A stretch of 63,870 bases of DNA, the filler included, from Octopus bimaculoides (Eukaryota), in NCBI RefSeq assembly GCF_001194135.2. It is 5 parts of 5 records of this genome, joined end to end, with 100 filler letters (N's around TTAATTAATTAA, not from the genome) between each part and the next. Parts side by side here need not be neighbours in the genome. Positions count along the whole stretch, not along the records: positions 1 to 8,282 come from NC_068992.1; positions 8,383 to 17,827 come from NC_068981.1; 3 more parts are not named here. One strand, 5' to 3'. The position numbers and the translations under genes are program-made. How positions within the stretch are numbered: position 1 is the stretch's first letter; each line of letters opens with the position of its first letter. The notes below the pieces were generated by a model, which was not told where the DNA came from, did not search any database, and saw nothing but the letters and a program-made list of their open reading frames with translations. This document shows, one piece after another, positions 1 to 10,879 of this stretch.

Positions 1-160
1 TCTGTGTGAAGCCTTTTTAAAAGTTTATAGAAATCCACATTTTCCACTTATTCGTAAAAAAATTTACACCAATGGAATTTTCTCGATCTGAACTTTCCAG
101 TGCAGTAATTAGATTTTTTAAATTCCATTTAGTTTGTGTGATTTAAGGGAGACTTGGCTG

Positions 161-199
161 TTCTTACACATCGTTCTTACACATCGTTCTTACACATTG
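161..199 (+). repeat. 13-bp tandem repeat x3 (TTCTTACACATCG)
   Basis: Units at 161-173, 174-186 and 187-199 (the last has one mismatch). Confidence 0.9.
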
Positions 200-594
200 A
201 CCACGCGCTCAACATATAATATAGAGAGTAAGAGTAAAAGAGGGAGAGAGAGAGAAAGTGATACATACAAAGTCATAGATTAACTTCCTCTGTCCCATTT
301 AATAGCTTTCTTCTATCCCTCTAGCTCTAACATATTTTTCATGACGGTGCACCAGCATGACCGCAGCCACTTGGCTGAAACACATAAATAAATAAATAAA
401 AAATATAAACGTAAAAACACACACAACCACACATACCTGGTCTGTGACAACAACATACACATAAACACATACACACATCGACATTATAGATATAAGATTT
501 AGTTTGTGTGTGTTTCTTATATAAATACGCGCACGCATTGCTAGTTTATAACTGTCTTCCGTTCTCCCTTCCTCTTTTTCTCTCTCTTCATTGC

Positions 595-828
595 TCCCGT
601 TCTCTATTCCTTTCTCCCTTCCTCTCTCTCTTCCTCTCTTCCTCTCTCTCTTCCTCTCTTCCTCTCTCTCTTCCTCTCTCTCTTCCTCTCTCTCTCTTCC
701 TCTCTCTCTCTCTTCCTCTCTCTCTTCCTCTCTCTCTCTCCCTTCCTCTCTCTCTTCCTCTCTCTCTCTTCCTCTCTCTCTCTCTTCCTCACTTTCTCTC
801 TTCCTCTCTCCCTCTTCTCTCTCGCTCT
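595..828. repeat. (CT)n/(CTCTCTCTTC)n polypyrimidine microsatellite
   Basis: Read directly; it explains the Ser/Leu and Arg/Glu ORFs at 508-950. Confidence 0.95.
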
Positions 829-944
829 CTCAAACGCATACACACACACGTACACACAAGCATTCACAACAATATAACTCATGTTCGTCAATGTTTTGTA
901 AATATACAAACTATGGAGCTTATGTAGACAGGACAACACTAGGA

Positions 945-1115
945 TGTTAGGGTCAGGGTTAGGGTTTTAGGGTTACGGTTAGGGTTAAGATTAGGGTTAG
1001 TGTTACGGTTACGGTTTTAGGGTCAGAGCTAGCGTTTTAGTGTTAGAGTTTAGGATTGGGGTTAGGCTTAGGGTTTAGGTTTAGGACTAGGATTAGGTTT
1101 AGGTTTAGGGTTAGG
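945..1115 (+). repeat. Degenerate interstitial telomere-like (TTAGGG)n array
   Basis: About 170 bp of TTAGGG, TTACGG, TTAGTG, TTTAGG and TCAGGG variants. Confidence 0.8.
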
Positions 1116-2039
1116 TAATGGTGCGGGTGTTAATCTGAAAAATTACCGAAATGTGAAAACTACCGACCCTGCCATCTGTTATAACTTTTGTTGTTCTGTT
1201 TGATATGTACATAGATTATGCCTCCAAAGAAGAGAGCTTGCTGGGGAAAGAAAGCAATTGGTTTAAAATGACAGCAACAGACTGCAGCAATTTACCACAT
1301 TCCAGAAGCTACTTTGAACATGATGCAAAATGGTACATCAACATCTACTGCCCAATCTGATAGACTTCTGGCAGAACTGTGTAGCAACAGATCGCCAGCA
1401 ATTGCTTCATCAGAAATTGCCGTCCTAGCTCCTGCGAAAAGGGATTACCCTGCTATGTATAATCAGGGAAGCGCAAAAAGTTGTTTTGCATAAGCATTTG
1501 TATAGCCAATTAGACTGATGAAATTTACGTACACTTAATGCACAAAATTCAATAGTGTCAGTAGTGATCGATAAGAAATGTGGATCATCAAAGTTTCGGT
1601 CATACTGAGTTGAGGAAGAAAAAGAAGAGAGAAATGAAAAATAGTAAAAAAAAAAAGTTTTGTTTACAGTTTCTGAGATTCTCTATCCGTTGTGCGCTGG
1701 AACTTTCGCTGGAACTTTCGCGTTTCTTAGAATCCGGAGTATTTATAATTTTTTTCCGTGAACGGATCTAGTTTTTGATTCGTTAAAGTACTGGTGATGT
1801 CATGTTTTTCTGGTGGTCAAGTTAGTCGTCCTGCCTGGTTTGCTTCCCTGTGGGGAACGTTTATCAACTGTTCCAGTCGGTTGATTCTCTTAAAGGGTCA
1901 TTTTGTATGGTGATCTGGAAGACTGTTGCTAAAGTTTTTTGAATTATGTCTGTTGTATCTGGCTGTTTTTTTTTGTGTGGAGAAATTGGGTCTTTTTTCC
2001 TTGTACTCTTTAGTGTTTTTTCTTCTTTGTAAAGGATAT

Positions 2040-2791
2040 TCAGCTGTGGTTTAAAAGAAATTGGGTTGAAGTGTTTCTGGTGCATTGATAGAGACAGAAG
2101 ATTTGGTATTTCGGGTTTATTCTTGCGGAGCATTGATCTAGGTGTTTGCTTACGGGAATTTTCCTGGTTGTAGAGTCACGGATTTTTTGTGTGTATAGTT
2201 AGTCTGTCCTTCAAGGTCAAACTTGTTTGACCTATGTGGTCTTCACCACAGCCTCCACATTTGAGAGCATAGATTAAGTTCTTCGAAGTACACGTTTGAC
2301 CTGACTTAAATTTGTATCTTGAGTCCTCTAAGAGGAAGATACAAGTTTTTTTACCAGTGGGGTTGTATTTTTGATGCGTAATTTGACCCTGGTGAGTAAC
2401 TTTTTCAGGGATTGTTGTTGTCTCTTACTTTTAATAATCCTATGTGTTTCCAGTGCCTTTTTCATTTGCAGGTCCTTCATAAAGAGGGGTATGTTTTGGT
2501 GGATGATGTTGTATGCTTCCATGCTCTTCGGATTGTGTGTTGATACGTAGGATAAAGTTTTGAGTGTGTCATAGTGTTTTCTTGTTTTCCGTAACTCTTT
2601 GCTGTCTATCATTTTTGCACGTTCTGTTCCGTTTTTGATTAGACTAGGAATGTGTTTTTAAGTTCTTGGCGTCGCGTTTCTCGTGTTTCAGGATTTGATG
2701 CAATCGTGCAAATTCTTCTTGCTAAGTTGAATGGTACATTTATTTTAGTATGTTTTGGGTGGCCAGAGGAGAATAGAAGATGTTTTGAGTC
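2040..2791 (-). mobile_element. Penelope-like retroelement remnant 1 (RT C-terminal region plus GIY-YIG endonuclease), frameshifted and 5'-truncated
   Basis: Minus-strand translation gives DSKHLLFSSGHPKHTKINVPFNLARRICTI, then TCTSKNLIYALKCGGCGEDHIGQTSLTLKDRLTIH (GIY-YIG with CxxC), and ends FKPQLN. This matches PLE ORF architecture. Confidence 0.9.
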
Positions 2792-2820
2792 TATCATAGC
2801 ATTATATGAGGCCCATTGAC

Positions 2821-2875
2821 TCATACTGAAGAAGGTTGAGGCCCTCGGGTCAGAACCCGAAGCCATGGTATATGA
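2821..2875 (+). ncRNA. Minimal type I hammerhead ribozyme motif (PLE-type, slightly mutated)
   Basis: TCATA-CTGAAGA-aGGTT..GGCCC TC GGGTC..AACCc-GAAG-CCATGG-TA-TATGA. Stem I is TCATA/TATGA, stem III is the palindrome CCATGG and the cleavage triplet is GTA. Deviations: GAAG for GAAA and an A.C closing pair in stem II. Confidence 0.65.
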
Positions 2876-2884
2876 ATATCTGAA

Positions 2885-3119
2885 AAAAGGCGGCGAGCTG
2901 GCAGAGACGTTAGCACGCCGGGCGAAATGCTTAGCGGTATTTCGTCTGCCGCTACGTTCTGAGTTCAAATTCCGCCGAGGTCGACTTTGCCTTTCATCCT
3001 TTCGGGGTCGATTAAATAAGTACCAGTTACGCACTGGGGTCGATATAATCGACTTAATCTGTTTGTCTGTCCTTGTTTGTCCCCTCTGTGTATAACCCCT
3101 TGTGGGCAGTAAAGAAATA
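2885..3119 (+). mobile_element. Full-length tRNA-derived SINE (family A) with 18-bp target-site duplication
   Basis: TSD GGTATATGAATATCTGAA at 2867-2884 and 3120-3137. Head GGCGGCGAGCTGGCAGA..GAGTTCAAATTCC with A/B-box-like motifs; central GCCTTTCATCCTTTCGGGGTCGAT segment shared with many other copies in the window. Confidence 0.9.
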
Positions 3120-4508
3120 GGTATATGAATATCTGAATAGCATATTCTTTAAAGGTATGCTTTTTAATATCTTAATTCTTTATCCGTTCCCTCACNNNNN
3201 NNNNNNNNNNNNNNNNNNNNNNNNNNNNNNNNNNNNNNNNNNNNNNNNNNNNNNNNNNNNNNNNNNNNNNNNNNNNNNNNNNNNNNNNNNNNNNNNNNNN
3301 NNNNNNNNNNNNNNNNNNNNNNNNNNNNNNNNNNNNNNNNNNNNNNNNNNNNNNNNNNNNNNNNNNNNNNNNNNNNNNNNNNNNNNNNNNNNNNNNNNNN
3401 NNNNNNNNNNNNNNNNNNNNNNNNNNNNNNNNNNNNNNNNNNNNNNNNNNNNNNNNNNNNNNNNNNNNNNNNNNNNNNNNNNNNNNNNNNNNNNNNNNNN
3501 NNNNNNNNNNNNNNNNNNNNNNNNNNNNNNNNNNNNNNNNNNNNNNNNNNNNNNNNNNNNNNNNNNNNNNNNNNNNNNNNNNNNNNNNNNNNNNNNNNNN
3601 NNNNATATATATATATATACGTATATTTAAAATATATATACACACGCACGCACACATATATATGTATGTATGTATGTATGTATGCATGCATGTATGTATG
3701 TATGTATGCATGTATGTATGTATGTATATATGTATCAACAAATGAATATGCGCATTTATGTGTGTTCGTACGTATTGTGTTCAGGTCCGCGCATGTTTGT
3801 GAGCGCATCTGTACCTTTGAATACGCATGACATTGCAGAAACACATGCAATTCAACTTTGTATTCATAAGGTCCCTTATGTCAAGAAAATGCGATTGATT
3901 GCGGTTTACTTCCGGTATGTATTTTAATGACACCACAAATATGAAAAGCAAGTGTCCAATCCCTGCTTGATTTCGAATAAGAAACAGGAAGCTCCGTATT
4001 TTCGATACTATTTAATCGTTTCATTCGACTCATCACCGCCATTATTACCATCACCAACATCACCACCTGTGTCACCACTGGCTTTATCATCAATACCATC
4101 GTCATGACTACGATCGCTGTAGAATCTATCCAGTTATTCCTAATGGCAAATAAAAAATTCATAACAAACAAAAATTCATAACAAACGTACAAATAGACAG
4201 AAGTAATTAAAATTACAATAAAAACTGCCAGCACCAATGTATCATTTCAACATGGCGTCGTTTGGTTCTTTAGGACCAAACGACGTCATGTTAGAATAAG
4301 AGCCAGGAAATATGTTGGCGTTGAAGATGTGGAGGTAAATTTATGTCGCAGTTGTTCTGACTGGCTGTGTTGGAATACACAGAGAGAATTGGATTGCAAA
4401 GAAATAATACGGACAATTAGTAACTATGACATACACAGAAGTAGAACGTGACTGTGAATAATGAGTTAGGTTGACGATGAATTGAATGAAAGAGCAAAAG
4501 AGTAACAG

Positions 4509-4568
<60 letters not shown>

Positions 4569-4624
4569 GTACAAGGACCACCACCACCATCGTCACTGCC
4601 CTCCAACAACAACACCAACAGTAA

Positions 4625-6399
4625 TGATTTCATTTATTTGCCACAAGGGCGAAGGATGAGGCGGATAATACAGAGACATAAAGTGTGTGTGTGTGTGTGT
4701 GTTTACATATAATAATGAAAAGATTAAAGCATAAAATAAAATAAAATAAAAAATAAAGTATTCACAGTATACACTGGAAGAGAAGGGACACATGCATAGC
4801 ATACTAAGGTAAAAAAAGAAAAGAAAAGGTGGGGGGAGGATGATAGAGATGTGGCCCTTCTGATACAGGAACACCTCTAGAGATAATCGAGGAACGCAAC
4901 TGTCTGAGATTTCGAGAAACTCCAGGAGCAAGTGCCCTTTGCAATTCCTTCTCTCCGACTCACAGGTCTACACTGAGAGTGGTACCATCCACTCTTGCCG
5001 TTTTCGCAACTTCCACCCACCTTTCAATAAACCACTCGAGGACAGCACCTCCCTCTCCACCCTCCCATTTCCTTTTCAAGTGAAACTTGAAGAAGTCAAT
5101 GAGAGCTCTACCAAAGAGGAATGTATCTGTCCTCATGCCTTTCGGCCTTGTCCACCAAACAATCTCTTTCGCCACAGTCACCAGGCAAAGGAAAACTGCC
5201 TTGCCTGTCCGATTGAAGGAGAGCAGTGGTGCAATCACCACCACAGACTCGGCTGACAGACGGATCCGTCCCACACGTGACAGCAGCTGTTCAACATAAC
5301 CCCACTAGTCAGCAACGTCCGGACATTGAACGAGTGCATGCAGAACGGTTTCGTCACTCTTCGCGCACCTCGGACAAGTCCGTCTGACAGCACATCCGTG
5401 CCTGTAGAGTTTATCTCGAACCGGTTGCACATCCCAGTAGCACTGCAGGGCAAAAGACATCTGGAAGTTATCCATGATACTTCCTGACCGGAAAGTCCTC
5501 CGGAACAGACGAGCCAGTTCGTTTTCGTCGGCGCCTAGAGTCTCCCCAAGAACATCATCGCATTTCCCCGCCACTAATCCTCTATAAATTTCTAAAGCGG
5601 AACATTCACCAATTCCATTGCCCAAGTTGTAGTGGGTTGTGAGCGCCTGATGACATTCTAGGTGCCAGACGCCCAGTCTCGGCCTTTTCTTCATCCAGGA
5701 CTGCCGCTCCGTCAAGGAAACGAGCTGTGGAAAGATGAGCCTCACAAACGGATCCCATACACACGCTCACCGTCCAGAAATCGCTGCAGGTGGCGTAACC
5801 TAAGCGCGTGTCTGCGCATTCAGAGCCGCGGCATACCTAATGCGCTACTCAGAAGATACTGTCAACAGACTGACTCCCTGGATATTGGAACGCGTCCCTT
5901 TCACAAGAGTTTAGATAAGAGATGCTCCAGCTTGGTCATGCAGTAACCGACACCAGGCGATAAATGATAACGGAGGCGATGTATGCATTCGCAACCTCTG
6001 CCCGACCTTTCAGGGACAGCTTTCTTTCAGCTCATTTCTAGGTAAGACTGGTCACTCTGTGCGTCACCTCATCCCAGTTCTTATCAATGTTGCAGTCAGG
6101 ACCAAACCAGACCCCGAGCATATCATCCTGCTTCTCCAAGAACCCAACCGCGAACCAACCAATTTGTCGGCGTTGATTTTAGCCCCAGCAACCGACTCAT
6201 ATCCCTTTAGGATGGTGCCGACCGTCTCCACATCGGAGGCATCCGAGACCATGACGGTAACACCATTCCTTGCACCAGTTCGAAAGGGATGTCCCTTAGC
6301 TGTTCCAACTTCCGCAACAGTGGCCCGAGTGCTAATACGTATAGAAGAGGCGACAGCGGGCCCTGACGGACTGAGCTATCGATGCCAAACGGCTCCGAT
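4625..6399 (-). mobile_element. Tx1/L1-clade LINE 3' half (RT and zf-RVT), degenerate
   Basis: Translations SVRQGPLSPLLYVLALGPLL, ILKGYESVAGAKINADK and TCPRCAKSDETVLHALVQCP (CCHC knuckle), with many stops and frameshifts. The 3' end reads CCCTTGTGGCAAATAAATGAAAT near 4630. Confidence 0.85.
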
Positions 6400-6409
6400 N
6401 NNNNNNNNN

Positions 6410-6535
6410 TGGTCGATTACATTCACCTCAGTACTCAACTGATACTTATTTTATCGACATCGATAGGATGAAACGTAAAGTCTACATCGGCAGAATTTGA
6501 ACTCAGAACGTTTTTAAGACGGACGAAATGCTGCT
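6410..6535 (-). mobile_element. SINE family A fragment
   Basis: Reverse-complement match to the head and core of 2885-3119. Confidence 0.75.
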
Positions 6536-6559
6536 ATCATGTACATGTTTCGTCTTGAT

Positions 6560-6990
6560 ATAAAAAATGGTCTACAACAAATATTCTGCTCAATACCACA
6601 GATTTGCTGGTCAGTTGTTTGACTTTAACCAGTTGAGCATGTCCCTTGGTGTATCTCTGATCACGAGCAGGAGTAGTGGGGAGCAACAGCCATGTGTTGA
6701 GAAGAATTCTTGGAGGTTTGAATAATTCACCTCTGGAAACATGGGTGTTTCGTTCATCATCCTTACTCAGGGAGCTTTTGAGCGGGATGGGCTACTCAAC
6801 ATGAAGAAAAAATTCTAACTGGGCCACAACTGCAAGGTCATGCACTGTTTATCTTGATAGGAGATTACCATATCGCTCAGTGATGCATGTGCCTGGTGTA
6901 CCCTTATCAGACGAGTAGTCATGATGGGTATACTGGGCTTCGTATATTTGTACCTCACTGTCGCTTTGATGGCATGCGCTGCTATCTCAC
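6560..6990. mobile_element. Unclassified interspersed repeat (second copy in opposite orientation at 52640-53050)
   Basis: CAAATATTCTGCTCAATACCACAGATTTGC..CCAGTTGAGCATGTCCCTTGGTG is the reverse complement of sequence at about 52965-53035. Confidence 0.75.
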
Positions 6991-7149
6991 TCAACAACAA
7001 CAACAACAACAACAATAGTCATTTCAAATTTAGGCTCTAAGCCAGTAATTGTTGTTCGAGAGAAGTGTGTTAGTCGATTAAATCGACACTAGTGCTCAGC
7101 TGGCATTTATATTATGAACTCTACCTCGCTGAAAGTGGAATTTAAACTC

Positions 7150-7520
7150 AGAACAATGACGTCGGGAACGCACACCGACACTGCTTTCTCGTGTCCAACT
7201 TCGAAAGGAATGTTCTTCAACTGACCCATATTCCGCAGAAGTTGTCCGAGAGCCGGTATGTACAGAAGAAGCGTCAGCTGGTGGCCCTGGTAGACCGAGC
7301 GTGCGATGTAAAACGGTTCCGATTTGTGGCCATTTATTTTGACCAGCGATCCAACCGTTGAGAACGGGTACGAACCCGACCGATTTCAAGACGAATTCCA
7401 AGTAACGATGGTCGACCCTATCGAAGGTTTCATATTGATCCAAATTGATCAGAGCTCCACCGTAACTAGCCCTCTCTATGATGCATCGCATAAAGTGAAG
7501 GTTGTTGTGTATAGACCTGT
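7150..7520 (-). mobile_element. Tx1/L1-clade LINE RT fragment (separate copy from 4625-6399)
   Basis: ALINLDQYETFDRVDHRYLEFVLKSVGF matches the RT LD..KAFDRVDH block. It covers RT sequence that overlaps the part encoded at about 6250-6399, so it is a second copy. Confidence 0.8.
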
Positions 7521-8034
7521 TTGAGACCGTGTACCTTTGTTGTTCCTCAACCAGAAATTTTAAGTAGTATTATTTTATCGACACAGAAAGAATGAAAGGC
7601 AAAGTCGACCAGAGACTTAATCGGGGATTTCTTTTATTGGCCTCAAAATGATGAACAGTAAAGGTGATCTTGACTAGGTTTGAACTAAGAATGTAAATGA
7701 CCTGAAACAATACTGCAAAAAACACTACTTCCGACGTTCTAACGATTCCGCCAGCACACTACACTCTCTTTTCTATTCTTTCTCTCCTGAAATATTTGAT
7801 ATTTCGAGAAAGAGACAAACAGATTTTTTTTCTTCAGTCGCTTGCCTTCAAAGCTGGAAAACGTTCTAGGAATGTCAACAACTCTGTAGAGACTTGCTAA
7901 ATAATGTGAAGTAGGAGGTAGATATTACAGGGAGGGTACCAGTTCGGCGGTGGGGGCAGCTTCTTTATCAGTTATCTGCCTTCCTGGATTGAAGAAAATA
8001 AATAAATAAATAATAATAACAATAATAATAATAC

Positions 8035-8081
<47 letters not shown>

Positions 8082-8114
8082 ATAATAATGATAATAATAA
8101 TAATAATAAATAAA

Positions 8115-8146
<32 letters not shown>

Positions 8147-8176
8147 TAATAGATAGGATACAACACACACACACAA

Positions 8177-8404
8177 ATGAAAGAGAAAATAAAGAAAGAA
8201 TACTACAGACGAGTTAGATCAATACTAAAACAGAGCTCAATGCTAAAATCAAGATAATAGGTATTAACACTTTAGCCGTCCCNNNNNNNNNNNNNNNNNN
8301 NNNNNNNNNNNNNNNNNNNNNNNNNNTTAATTAATTAANNNNNNNNNNNNNNNNNNNNNNNNNNNNNNNNNNNNNNNNNNNNTATAAAAATAAAACTACT
8401 GAAC

Positions 8405-8406
<2 letters not shown>
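8177..8406 (+). mobile_element. R4/Dong-type (REL) non-LTR retrotransposon, internal piece plus 3' terminus across a gap
   Basis: MKEKIKKEYYRRVRSILK/TELNAK.KIIGINTLAVP at 8177-8282. 8383-8406 (TATAAAAATAAAACTACTGAACAA) is identical to the 3' terminus at 14551-14574. Confidence 0.75.
8327..8338. other. Artificial scaffolding spacer N44-TTAATTAATTAA-N44
   Basis: The same 100-bp construct recurs at 17872, 37062 and 51643; the 12-mer has stops in all six frames. Confidence 0.9.
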
Positions 8407-8442
<36 letters not shown>

Positions 8443-8500
8443 TAATAATAACAATAACAATAATAACAATAACAATAATAATAATAACAATAACAATAAC

Positions 8501-8547
<47 letters not shown>

Positions 8548-8560
8548 CAACAATAATAAT

Positions 8561-8635
<75 letters not shown>

Positions 8636-8663
8636 AATAATATAATAATAATAATAATAATAA
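8404..8663 (+). repeat. (AAT)n/(AAC)n compound microsatellite
   Basis: Read directly; it follows the R4-type 3' terminus. Confidence 0.95.
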
Positions 8664-8995
8664 TGTAGAAAATAAATACAAACAGGAAAAGGAGTGTTGG
8701 AAGAATTATATAAGATACGAAAGCATTGATGTAAGTAAAGGCGCAAAGTATGTCTTAAATACTGCCGACAAAATTCAGAGAATATAAAGTTTTACTGATA
8801 ATACTTTCAGACATGAGATATTAAGTTGTTCCAATACTCGGTCAGAAAGATCAATATGTCGTCTGCATCGTACTGATTATGTACATACACACGTGACACA
8901 TATGGAAGCACACACACACACACCCACACACACACACACACACACATTAATAAATTGAAACATATGTATACATATGTATATAAATGTATATTATG

Positions 8996-9040
<45 letters not shown>

Positions 9041-10110
9041 CATGTATATATATATTTATATTACACACACACATACACACATATATATATGTATATATAT
9101 ATATATATNNNNNNNNNNNNNNNNNNNNNNNNNNNNNNNNNNNNNNNNNNNNNNNNNNNNNNNNNNNNNNNNNNNNNNNNNNNNNNNNNNNNNNNNNNNN
9201 NNNNNNNNNNNNNNNNNNNNNNNNNNNNNNNNNNNNNNNNNNNNNNNNNNNNNNNNNNNNNNNNNNNNNNNNNNNNNNNNNNNNNNNNNNNNNNNNNNNN
9301 NNNNNNNNNNNNNNNNNNNNNNNNNNNNNNNNNNNNNNNNNNNNNNNNNNNNNNNNNNNNNNNNNNNNNNNNNNNNNNNNNNNNNNNNNNNNNNNNNNNN
9401 NNNNNNNNNNNNNNNNNNNNNNNNNNNNNNNNNNNNNNNNNNNNNNNNNNNNNNNNNNNNNNNNNNNNNNNNNNNNNNNNNNNNNNNNTATATACATATA
9501 TATATATATGAGGTATATTATATATGTATATATATATATACATGTGTGTGGGCGTATATATTTAAGTATATATATATATATATATATACATACATACATA
9601 CACATATATACACATACATACATACACACACGTACGTACATACATACATACATGCATGCATACATACATACATACAGACATACATACATACATACATACA
9701 TACATATTCTACACAATAGCTGGTCATATATCCCCATAGACGAATTCTCAAACATTGCAAACAGTGATAGTATGCTGTGAATACAACAGCTATCGGTGAA
9801 AATAAATATAGAATTCAGAAGCCTAAATAATAGACTTGGTTTGCAGCAACTCTGACCTTTTATCAGGCTAAGGTTATAGAATGTTACCGTGATATGAATA
9901 ATGAATAGCTTTATAAACGTCTGTAACGAGGAATCGGTGAGAATTCAGTTTATACCAACACACGTACATGTTGTACGGCTATAGGTAATGATAATTAATC
10001 ATAGTGATAAACCTTACTGTTTAAGGAACAGCTCATACACATACACGATATACATATGTATGTATATGTGCATATATATGTATATGTATATACATTTCTA
10101 CAAACACACA

Positions 10111-10193
<83 letters not shown>

Positions 10194-10804
10194 GAGTGTA
10201 TATATAGATACAAATATGTAAATATATTTATTACATGTATACATATACATATATACACAAGACACATACAACAGATGATTCTCTCCATTCTTACTCGGAG
10301 TTTCACATAAGCATGAATTACACGTGTGATCAATCGAATAATCTTGTGAATGGAAGCAAGTGAGGTTATTTCCACTGAGCACTAGTAAAAACTATGACTA
10401 TTTATATTGATCAAACCAGGTCATGTAGTCGAAACTGCCGTAGACCAGATGAAAGATAGTTGCATTACTTTGTCAGGTTATGAGAAAGGCTTTTCTGCAT
10501 AGTTCTGCCTATGATTTTATTTTAGCTTGCCTGGGATGTTCGGGTGCCAAGAAATTTTTCGAGTGAAGTGTCCTCCGATGACGATAGCCAGATAATATAT
10601 AGGGCTAACTGCTTCAATATCTGGAATTTCTATTTTAGACGAAATCTATAGTTTTTTTCATCTGCTGAATTTTGATGTAACTCTATCGACAATATTCTAT
10701 GTTATTGCAAGACATTCGAATCCTTGGCTCTGAATTTGCTTCCAGCACAACCAATCAGTGACTCCCGCATTTCACATGTAGTTAGTTACCAGCTTTTTGA
10801 AAAA

Positions 10805-10871
10805 TGAGTCGTAACAGGCTCTCAATGTGAGTCGTAACAGGCTCTCAATGTGAGTCGTAACAGACTCTCAA
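10805..10871 (+). repeat. 23-bp tandem repeat x3 (TGAGTCGTAACAGGCTCTCAATG)
   Basis: Head-to-tail units at 10805, 10828 and 10851 with no spacers. Confidence 0.9.
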
Positions 10872-10879
10872 GGCAGGTT

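Noticed and set aside
1510-1565. CTGATGA followed by AATTT..AAATT as a hammerhead
   Set aside because: GAAA is replaced by CAAT and stem I does not pair.
10805-10871. 23-bp direct repeats as a CRISPR-like array
   Set aside because: The units are contiguous with no spacers, in a eukaryotic context; an ordinary minisatellite.
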